The notes under the pieces were generated by a model, which worked only from the letters and a program-made list of their open reading frames with translations, made no database searches and was not told the origin of the DNA. From Phycisphaerae bacterium (GTDB lineage: Bacteria > Planctomycetota > Phycisphaerae > UBA1845): a stretch of DNA of 64,000 bases. Positions 43,035 through 50,303 of the stretch are shown piece after piece. Where the stretch lies: assembly GCA_022072505.1 (NCBI GenBank), contig JAJVHU010000049.1, positions 36,915 to 100,914 on the forward strand, in the 5' to 3' direction. Position numbers and translations under genes: made by a program. Within the stretch, counting starts at the first letter, position 1; each line of letters opens with the position of its first letter.

Positions 43035-44510
43035 ATGTCCGACGCTCGAACCTTCCTCGCCTTCGACCTCGGTGCGTCATCCGGCCGCGCCGTGCTGGGT
43101 ACGTTGCACGCCGGCCGTGTGACCCTCGACGAACTCCTCCGCTTCGACAACGGACCCGTTGAACGCGCGGGACGCCTTCACTGGGATCTCGACGCCCTCG
43201 TCGAACACATCAAGGAAGGTCTGCGACGCGCGAACGCCGCCGGCGCAAGGCTCGACGGCCTCGGGATCGACACCTGGGGCGTGGATTACGGACTCCTCGA
43301 CGGAAACGACCGACTCCTCCACCCCCCGCATCACTACCGCGACCCGCGCACGACAGGCATGATGGATCGTGCGTTTCAAGTCGTCCCGCGCGAGGCGATC
43401 TTCGCCCGCACCGGCATTCAGTTCATGCCTCTCAACACGCTTTACCAGCTCCTCGCCGACCGCAACGCCGGTGACGGACGGCTCGATCGCGCCGCGACTC
43501 TCCTTTTCATGCCGGACCTGCTCAACTGGCGCCTGACGGGCCTCAAACGAACCGACACCACGATCGCCAGCACGTCGCAGTGCTTCGATCCGGTCGCGCG
43601 CCGCTGGGCCGCGGACCTCCTGACCAGCCTCGGACTCCCGACGCGCATCATGCCGCAGGCGGCCGAACCCGCGACGATCGTCGGACCGCTGCTTCCGCCG
43701 ATCGCCGAGCAAACCGGCGTCGGACCCGTGCCCGTCATCTGCCCGGCCGGACACGACACCGCCTGCGCCGTCGCCGCCGTCCCCGCGGACGGAAAAGACT
43801 GGGCGTACATCTCCTGCGGAACCTGGTCCCTCGTCGGCGTCGAACTGGATCAGCCGATCCTGACGCCGGAAGCCCTGCATGCCGGCGTCACGAACGAAAT
43901 CGGCGCCGCCGGAACGATCCGCCTGCTTCGCAACGTCGCCGGACTCTGGATCCTCGAGCAATGCCGCCGGGGCTGGACCGACGCCGGACACGTGCTGGGG
44001 CATGACGACCTCACCCGCCTCGCGGCACAGGAGACCCCGCATCGCGCCTTCATTAACCCGGACGACCCGCGCTTCGCCTCCTTCAGCGACATGCCTCAAC
44101 GCATCCGCGAGTTCTGCGCCGAAACCGGCCAGCCCGTCCCGCGGACCGAAGCCGAAACGGCGCGCAGCGTCCTCGAAAGTCTCGCCCTCAAATACAGCCT
44201 CGTACTCGACCGTGTTGCGCGACTGACCGGCCGCGACTTCCGATGCATCCACTTCGTCGGAGGTGGATCACAAAACGAGCTGCTCTGTCAATACACGGCG
44301 GACGCCTGCGGACGACCCGTCCACGCCGGCCCCGTCGAGGCGACCGCGTTGGGCAACGTGCTTCTTCAGGCGATGGTCGTCGGCGCGGTCGAATCCCTCG
44401 ACCACCTTCGCGCCATCTCGCGGAATTCGACAAGCATTCGCGTCTTCAACCCCGGCGACGCGGCGGCCTGGAACAAGGCGCGAACGCGCTTCGAAGCGAT
44501 CGTTCCCTGA
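43035..44510 (+). CDS. rhaB: Rhamnulokinase (FGGY family)
   Basis: FLAFDLGASSGRAVLG, GIDTWGVDYGLLD, HYRDPRT, SCGTWSL and HFVGGGSQNELLCQ. Confidence 0.9.
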   Translation: MSDARTFLAFDLGASSGRAVLGTLHAGRVTLDELLRFDNGPVERAGRLHWDLDALVEHIKEGLRRANAAGARLDGLGIDTWGVDYGLLDGNDRLLHPPHHYRDPRTTGMMDRAFQVVPREAIFARTGIQFMPLNTLYQLLADRNAGDGRLDRAATLLFMPDLLNWRLTGLKRTDTTIASTSQCFDPVARRWAADLLTSLGLPTRIMPQAAEPATIVGPLLPPIAEQTGVGPVPVICPAGHDTACAVAAVPADGKDWAYISCGTWSLVGVELDQPILTPEALHAGVTNEIGAAGTIRLLRNVAGLWILEQCRRGWTDAGHVLGHDDLTRLAAQETPHRAFINPDDPRFASFSDMPQRIREFCAETGQPVPRTEAETARSVLESLALKYSLVLDRVARLTGRDFRCIHFVGGGSQNELLCQYTADACGRPVHAGPVEATALGNVLLQAMVVGAVESLDHLRAISRNSTSIRVFNPGDAAAWNKARTRFEAIVP

Positions 44511-44514
44511 CCGT

Positions 44515-44615
44515 CCGTTGAAGAAGGGTAACGCCTCCCTCCGGGAGGCGAATTTCTCCGGGAAAAAACCAGTATCACGAAAGCCGATCGCGAGTTCTTC
44601 AACAGGCCGCTAACC
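44515..44615 (+). repeat. Copy 2 of the ~100-nt dispersed element
   Basis: Begins 5 nt after the rhaB stop. The stem CGCCTCCC/GGGAGGCG (44532-44550) differs from copy 1 at two stem positions, each with a compensating change on the other arm. Confidence 0.7.
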
Positions 44616-44707
44616 CGCTGCTCAGCGATCATTCCTCGCCCCGCTGCTCATGAAATCGACCCGCGCAAGAAATGAGAAACGAACTTTCGCCTTACCGAGT
44701 CGTCTAT

Positions 44708-44856
44708 CTTGACGTGACGGCCGGGGGACAAGGCAAAGGAGGCAAAAAAGTGGGGACGGGAGGCCAGCACGCCGGCGATGTTAAGTCGCCGTGCCCCCCG
44801 TGTGGCCGGGCCCGTCCCGCACACGGACTATCTTCGCGCGTTCTTAACACGTCAAG
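44708..44856. ncRNA. Candidate structured RNA/DNA element: 9-bp closing stem, large internal loop, 22-bp interrupted apical hairpin
   Basis: CTTGACGTG (44708-16) pairs with CACGTCAAG (44848-56). Inside, the pairings are 44753-60/44811-18 (8 bp), 44762-66/44803-07 (5 bp), 44767-70/44791-94 (4 bp) and 44774-78/44786-90 (5 bp). All pairs are Watson-Crick, so the strand is undetermined. Confidence 0.35.
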
Positions 44857-45008
44857 TGCGGGGAAGGAGCAAACCGGATCCCTCCTACGGGCGTCCATCG
44901 TTTTTCTCACAAAAAACGAGGCTGCAAGGATAGGGTGGTTGCCTGATTCTCTCGCGCGACAATTTGGGAAGCCTGGGGTCTGGAACTATCGCAAGGATAA
45001 TACGCTGT

Positions 45009-45445
45009 CCTGAGTCTCCACTTGACTCCGGTGCGCTGCGTTCCTCGACCCACTTCAAAGGAGGCGCAGTGCGCCGCGTTTCTCGACCCGCCTCGAAGCG
45101 GGCACGGCGCGCAGCGTTCCTCGACCCCAACGGGGTCGCATCCTCCAACCTTGGGCTGGAGGCCGCAATCTCTTCGGGATTGAAACGCTTGCCCCCGAGC
45201 ATCCTTCGGAATTGAAATGAGCGCCTCCGACGATCATACGGAGACCTCGGCGGAACGCGATGCGCGAACGCGCGTCCCCGGCAATCGTGCGCATCCTTCA
45301 AGATTGAAACGTGCGCATCCTTCGGAATTGAAACAAACGCCCCTTTCGAGATTGAAACGAGCGCCCCTGCCAATCCCGCGCCCGCTTCGGGATTGAAACA
45401 AAAACGCCCGATCGTGCATATCCTTTGCGGGATTGAAACGACCGG
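45009..45445. repeat. Repeat mosaic ending in a run of short-period units that terminate in GATTGAAAC
   Basis: TIR motif at 45009-45033, then the CGACCCCAACGGGGTCG hairpin. [AG]ATTGAAA[CT] ends at about 45186, 45217, 45310, 45334, 45358, 45398 and 45439, giving spacings of 24-93 nt. Confidence 0.7.
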
Positions 45446-45660
45446 GCTTTCCGCCAAGTTGGGGTCGCCGGGCGTTGGGCCGGCATGAGTTTACAATCAT
45501 GAGGAGAAAAGTCGGGTGGGCGCGTTGCGTTTCGAAGTCAGATGGAGGTTCGGGTTTTTCGCTACGTTTTAGTCCGATAACTTAAAGCGGGACGCAGGCT
45601 CCTGAAAGAACGGGTCCGATACTTTTTGAGGGTTCGCTGAAAAACATGTTCTGATACAGC

Positions 45661-45758
45661 CCGTGGGAAAGGGGAGCGCATCTTTCCGGGGCGCGAGAGT
45701 CACTAGGAAAACCGGTCTCACAAAGGCCGCTCGCGGGTTCTTCAACGGGCTGCTGGGG
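45661..45758 (+). repeat. Copy 3 (stem degenerate) of the ~100-nt dispersed element
   Basis: CCGTGGGAAAGGGGAGCGC...GGAAAACCGGTCTCACAAAGGCCGCTCGCGGGTTCTTCAACGGGC aligns with copies 1 and 2. Confidence 0.6.
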
Positions 45759-45869
45759 ATTGTGATGACCGGTTGTTGGGTGGCTCACAAGTCCCCGCAG
45801 GTCAAGCAGCGCCGATTTTCAGGGGTCGGGGCCGGCGGGATTAAAACGGGTTGAAATCTCGAAATTGTG

Positions 45870-45898
45870 TTGAAACCGAATTGCAGGTGCGGTATCTT
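45870..45898 (+). promoter_or_regulatory. Sigma70-like promoter candidate for the PEP-CTERM gene
   Basis: TTGAAA, 17 nt, then TATCTT. It lies about 140 nt upstream of the ATG at 46039. Confidence 0.4.
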
Positions 45899-46038
45899 CA
45901 CTAGGCGCATCAGGGGCAATCTCGCGGCAAGGTGTCGGGAGGAGCGCTGGGGCGGCGCGCTGACGGGCCTGAAGAGGAGGCTCTATCCGAACCGAGCGGG
46001 TAAGTGCTCCGGGTGCTCAGGAAGGGAAGAGGCGGGTT

Positions 46039-46722
46039 ATGCTCAGACGTTCTTTGTTGGTGGCGGCGTTGCTGGCGGCGGCGTCCGCATCCGTCCGAGC
46101 GGACGAGATGTCGTTCACCGAGATGGCGTCGTTCGTCAGCGATCTTCAAGGCAATCAGATCCTCACGTTCCCCACGTTCGACACGCAGGGAGGGGCGCTC
46201 GAACTTCAGGATGTCCGGGTCGATTTTCGGCACGTCGGGCGCGTGCGTCTCGGCGCTGACAACGATGACCCGTTCAAGACCGCGACGGTGAACGGGCGCA
46301 TGATCCGAAGCTGGATGGCCAGCGGACCGGGCGTGTCAACCAACGAAATGCGCATTCTCGCCACGCCGCAGGTCTTCCTTGATGTCGACAACGGCGATGG
46401 GCAGATTTTTGATCCGACCCCGCCGGACGGCACGTGGTTCAACGGTCCGCTGTTCTACGACGAGCCCGGCGACACGTTTCACCCCGCGCTCGCTCTTTAC
46501 ACGACGGACGGCCCGGGGACGGTTGACTTTGTCGTTGACGTTCTGCTGATGGTCAACGATCTTCAGTTTCAAGGAGCGCCGCCGGACGCGTGGACGCTGG
46601 AGGTGCAGGATCCTCTCCTGCAGGTCGAGGCGACTATCACGTACACGTTCATTCCAGAGCCTGCGACTTTGCTGCTGTTGCTGGCGGGAGGCGCGGTTCT
46701 CCTGCGGCGGCGTGCGGCTTGA
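46039..46722 (+). CDS. PEP-CTERM sorting-domain secreted protein
   Basis: Signal peptide MLRRSLLVAALLAAASASVRA. C-terminus FIPEPATLLLLLAGGAVLLRRRAA. Confidence 0.85.
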   Translation: MLRRSLLVAALLAAASASVRADEMSFTEMASFVSDLQGNQILTFPTFDTQGGALELQDVRVDFRHVGRVRLGADNDDPFKTATVNGRMIRSWMASGPGVSTNEMRILATPQVFLDVDNGDGQIFDPTPPDGTWFNGPLFYDEPGDTFHPALALYTTDGPGTVDFVVDVLLMVNDLQFQGAPPDAWTLEVQDPLLQVEATITYTFIPEPATLLLLLAGGAVLLRRRAA

Positions 46723-47079
46723 CAACGCTCTCTGCGGAATGCACGCCTTGATGAACCACGCGGCGGAAGAAGCACTTCACCGCTTCTGAGGGGGTGCCTT
46801 ATCCTCGTGTCGGGCAGGCTTGATCGGGACACGCGGGGATGCCCCGCGGGGATTGTTCCCCAGAAACCGGAAAATCGTGCGGTCGTCTTGCGGGTGCGTC
46901 CGACATAACCGGTAAGCTCCATGTCCGTTGAAGGGCGGTTCCGTGCAGCCGCCGGGCTGAAAGGTCCGGGTGGGTTCGGCAAGCGGTCCGCTGGATCGAA
47001 CAACTTGGTTCGCACGCGCCGTTGCCCGGGCGAAGACCGTGCGAGTGGTTTCAACCGGCTCTTGAGGCGGAGAGTCTGC

Positions 47080-48504
47080 ATGAGAACCATTCACCCGGCC
47101 GTGGGGGTGTTGTTTCTGCTGGCGGGGCAGGGATTCGGATCGAATTCGTTTCCCGCGTTCGTACCGAAGATGCGCGTGGTTCCCGGCGGAGGCGCGGGAC
47201 CGGCGTATTCGTTTGAGGTTGGCGAGTTCGAGGTCAGCAACGCCGAGTTCGCGGCCTTCCTGAACGACGCCGAAGCGAACCCGGGGAACGCGCGCGGCGC
47301 GTTCCTGCGCTTCGACGCGACGGGGGACGTCGGGCTGACCGCGGGTTACGACAACGCGGCCTTCTTCGACGTCAGCGACACCTGCGACAATCGGGAGGGC
47401 GGCGCGTGTCCGGTCATTTCCTACACTCGCGGCGCGCCGGTCGGATCGCGGTATTCCGTCGCCCGCGGGTATGAAGCGCTCCCGGTGGTCGGCGTCTCCT
47501 GGCTGGGCGCGCTGAAATTCTGCAACTGGCTGACGATCGACCAGGATCTTTCCGAAGACGCGCGTTGTTACACGGAAGGTCCGTCGCATGAGGACTGGTT
47601 CCCCGTCACGACAGACAAGATCAACTGGCTGGCGCGGGATCTGAATGACGACGAGCGCGCCCGTCTCGTCGCGCAGCACCGCGGCTTCCGCCTCCCGATG
47701 GACAACCTCGGTTACGGCAGCGGTCCGATCAGTTTTCAGGAGAATCCCTACAACGAGTGGTACAAGGCGGCGGCGTATGATCCGGCGGCGCCGGACGACG
47801 TGCGGATCGGTCCTGGACAGGAGCGCGTCTCGCCCGATCACTGGATTTACGGGATGGGGCGGGATGCGCTGGTCAACGAAGATTCGAACTACCGCAACAG
47901 CGCGGACGCCTTTGAACCGTGGATCACGCCGCTGGGATACTACGACGGGCAGAACCTGATGGGCGACGGCCGGACGCGGACGAACGCGAACCACAATCCG
48001 TGGGGGATTCACGACTTCTGCGGGAACGTGACCGAGTGGGCGCAGGATCAATGCCTCGTGCCGGGTTACGCGGCGCAGCGCGGCGGGTCGTTCGAGGATG
48101 CGTCCGGCGGGTTATCCGCCGCGAACCGCTCTTCGGACGGGGTTCGGCGTTCGTCCGCTGACACCGGGTTTCGCGTCCTTCGCGTCCCGGGATGCACGAT
48201 CGACGTGCGAAAGACGAAGGCTTCTCTGAGCAATGACGGGCAGGTCGAGATTCAGTGCAAACTGGTCCAGGACGGTCCGCCGCCAGCCGGCTGGTACCTG
48301 TCGCTTCGGGTCACCAACGTGGACACGGGACGCGTCCGCGGCGTTACGCTGGGTCCGACCAACCCTCGCGGGTCCGCACGCAAGCGCATGAGCCTGGACT
48401 CAGGCGCATACCTGATCGAAGTCACGGACGTGTATGACGCTTATGCGTATTCATGCATGCCCGATCCGTGCCGCGATTGTCTGGCGATCGTGATCGTGCC
48501 GTGA
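47080..48504 (+). CDS. Secreted FGE/SUMF1-domain protein with a C-terminal beta-rich extension
   Basis: Signal peptide MRTIHPAVGVLFLLAGQGFG. Also PVVGVSWLGALKFCNWL, HDFCGNVTEWAQD, QRGGSF and DTGFRVLRV. The track ORF starts upstream at 46921. Confidence 0.85.
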   Translation: MRTIHPAVGVLFLLAGQGFGSNSFPAFVPKMRVVPGGGAGPAYSFEVGEFEVSNAEFAAFLNDAEANPGNARGAFLRFDATGDVGLTAGYDNAAFFDVSDTCDNREGGACPVISYTRGAPVGSRYSVARGYEALPVVGVSWLGALKFCNWLTIDQDLSEDARCYTEGPSHEDWFPVTTDKINWLARDLNDDERARLVAQHRGFRLPMDNLGYGSGPISFQENPYNEWYKAAAYDPAAPDDVRIGPGQERVSPDHWIYGMGRDALVNEDSNYRNSADAFEPWITPLGYYDGQNLMGDGRTRTNANHNPWGIHDFCGNVTEWAQDQCLVPGYAAQRGGSFEDASGGLSAANRSSDGVRRSSADTGFRVLRVPGCTIDVRKTKASLSNDGQVEIQCKLVQDGPPPAGWYLSLRVTNVDTGRVRGVTLGPTNPRGSARKRMSLDSGAYLIEVTDVYDAYAYSCMPDPCRDCLAIVIVP

Positions 48505-48562
48505 GGCTGGACGCCGCGCCGCGTCGGACCTCATCAGATCGGACCGTTCCGCGGGGTCCGGT

Positions 48563-49330
48563 TCAGGAACCCGCGCCGGTCCGTTTCGCGCGGTTGACCA
48601 ACGCGTCGGCGAGGCGCGTCGGGGCGGGCAGACGGAATCCGCTGCGGCAGGCCAGCACGACGCGCACGGCTTCCTCCAGACCAATCCGGTGCCCGACGCT
48701 GACGTAGACGGGCTTCACGCCGTCGCGCGTCCGCAGGGCGACGCCGACGACCTCGCCGTCGTGGACGAGCGGCCGCCGTGATCCCGCGCGGCGAGCGGGT
48801 TCCGCGTGCTCGCCGACGAGCAGACTCTTGGCGCAGCCGATCGCCGGGCGATTGAGAAGGACGCCGACGTGGCACGCCAGTCCGAAGCGCCGCGGGTGCG
48901 CCAGCCCCTGTCCGTCGAGCAGGATGACGTCGTACGCAATGTGCAGCCCGCGCAGCGCGGCGATCAGCGCCGGCGCTTCGCGGAACGAAAGGAGCCCCGG
49001 GACATAAGGAAACGTGACGCGGCGACGCACGACGACCTCCTCGACCACGCGCCGCGCCTCCACGTCCCACGCCGCCGCGCCGGCGATGACGCAAGCTCCG
49101 TCCGCAGAGAACGCCGCGTCCGCCCCGGCGACGACGCGGAGCCGCGCCACCCGGCCTGTGCGGACGACGGTCGCCGCCAGCCGCCGCTGCAACTCGACCG
49201 CCCGCGCCGGCGTCACGCGCCAGGAATGTCGAGGCGTCGGGTTTGAACTCGCGCGATTCACGAGCGGAATGTACCAGCGCCGCGCCGCAGCACGACCCCT
49301 GAGAATCTTTGGCGCGGCCTGAATCTCCAT
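48563..49330 (-). CDS. nfi: Endonuclease V
   Basis: VAGADAAF, FPYVPGLLSFREAPALI, LLDGQGLAHPRRFGLACHVGV and IGCAKSLLVG. The start is uncertain: ATG at 49330 lies inside a repeat copy. Confidence 0.85.
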   Translation of the reverse strand: MEIQAAPKILRGRAAARRWYIPLVNRASSNPTPRHSWRVTPARAVELQRRLAATVVRTGRVARLRVVAGADAAFSADGACVIAGAAAWDVEARRVVEEVVVRRRVTFPYVPGLLSFREAPALIAALRGLHIAYDVILLDGQGLAHPRRFGLACHVGVLLNRPAIGCAKSLLVGEHAEPARRAGSRRPLVHDGEVVGVALRTRDGVKPVYVSVGHRIGLEEAVRVVLACRSGFRLPAPTRLADALVNRAKRTGAGS

Positions 49331-49470
49331 CTGACTCCGGTTGTGACATGCCTCCCGAGCGTCATCCGAGAGCCGTAGCCCCGGCAGGGGCTGCGGTTTT
49401 CGAAACGTCATTCTCAATTCGCGGCGCGCCCCGAGGTGAGCGTTCGCGCGGGCTGAAGCCCGCGGCTCGG
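49318..49470. repeat. Repeat cluster: TIR motif plus GCGGGC-TGAA-GCCCGC hairpin module
   Basis: CCTGAATCTCCATCTGACTCCGGTTGTGACATGCCTCCCGAGCGTCATCCGA (compare 25816-25865), and GAGCGTTCGCGCGGGCTGAAGCCCGCGGCTCGG at 49437-49470. Confidence 0.7.
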
Positions 49471-49554
49471 TGTTGCGGGGCGTATTGAGCGGAGAGGCGG
49501 CGGGGAGGGCGGTGAAACTGGGCAGTTGCGCCTTGCCGGATTAGACTTTCCCGG

Positions 49555-50274
49555 ATGCACAGGCTGGCCGGACAGCGCGGCGCCGCGGTGGAGGCGCTTT
49601 TCCTGGATTTCTACGGCACGCTCAGCGCCGATGATCACGCGGCGGTGGAGAGCGCGTGCCGCGCCGTGGTGGAGTCGTACGCCCTGCCGGTGACGCCGCA
49701 GGAGTTCGCGGTGCGCTGGGGCGAGGTGTTCTTCCGCACGATCGAGTCGGCGAATCATGAGCATTTCGCCACGCTGCACGAGTGTGAATGCCGCAGTCTC
49801 GTCGAGACTCTGCGGGGGATGGGCGTCGCCCCGGGCGACCCGGAGCCTCACGTCGCGGTGTTGAAGTCGTACTGGCAGTCTCCACCGCTGCATGACGACG
49901 TGCGGGAGCTGCTTGACGGATTGCGCGTTCCGGTTTGCTGCGTGTCCAACGCGGACCGGGACGACATCGAGTCGGCGATGGCGTTGCACGGTCTGCGGTT
50001 TGACGCCTTTATCACGTCGGAGTGCGCCCGGGCGTACAAGCCGGAGGAGCGGATCTTCCGGCTGGCGGCGGAGAAGCTCGGCGTCGATCCGGCGCGGGTG
50101 ATGCACGTGGGCGACTCGCTGCACAGCGACGTGGGCGGGGCACGGAGGCTGGGAATCCGCACGACTTGGATCTGCCGCGAGAAGCGGATTCATGACGTCG
50201 GGACGTGCGCGCCCGATCACACGATCCGGTCGTTGCGGGAGCTGCCGGCGCTGCTGAGCGGCGACGCGGTTTGA
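49555..50274 (+). CDS. HAD-superfamily hydrolase, haloacid-dehalogenase-like subfamily
   Basis: FLDFYGTL (motif I, DxYGT type), VSNADRD, YKPEERIF and VGDSLHSDVGGARRLG. Confidence 0.85.
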   Translation: MHRLAGQRGAAVEALFLDFYGTLSADDHAAVESACRAVVESYALPVTPQEFAVRWGEVFFRTIESANHEHFATLHECECRSLVETLRGMGVAPGDPEPHVAVLKSYWQSPPLHDDVRELLDGLRVPVCCVSNADRDDIESAMALHGLRFDAFITSECARAYKPEERIFRLAAEKLGVDPARVMHVGDSLHSDVGGARRLGIRTTWICREKRIHDVGTCAPDHTIRSLRELPALLSGDAV

Positions 50275-50303
50275 GTCACATTCGGCGAGGTCCGCGACAG
50301 GCG

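Noticed and set aside
44751-45013. 87-aa ORF with a perfect AAGGAGG 7 nt upstream of GTG, containing a CPPCG motif.
   Set aside because: Codon bias is weak, the ORF runs into repeat modules at its 3' end, and its 5' part coincides with the 22-bp hairpin. A structured RNA seems the better explanation, but I cannot exclude the ORF.
45170-45445. Possible CRISPR array, because the units end in the CRISPR-like GATTGAAAC.
   Set aside because: The intervals are 24-93 nt, with the segments between motifs only about 8-25 nt in the regular part. These segments resemble each other, the repeats are degenerate, and no cas genes are in the window. I report it as an unusual tandem repeat instead.
44511-46038. 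Replication origin (oriC) in the 1.5-kb gene-free, repeat-rich region where codon-ending bias seems to flip.
   Set aside because: I found no cluster of TTATCCACA-like DnaA boxes, no dnaA or dnaN nearby, and no obvious AT-rich unwinding element. The skew evidence is qualitative and has counter-examples.
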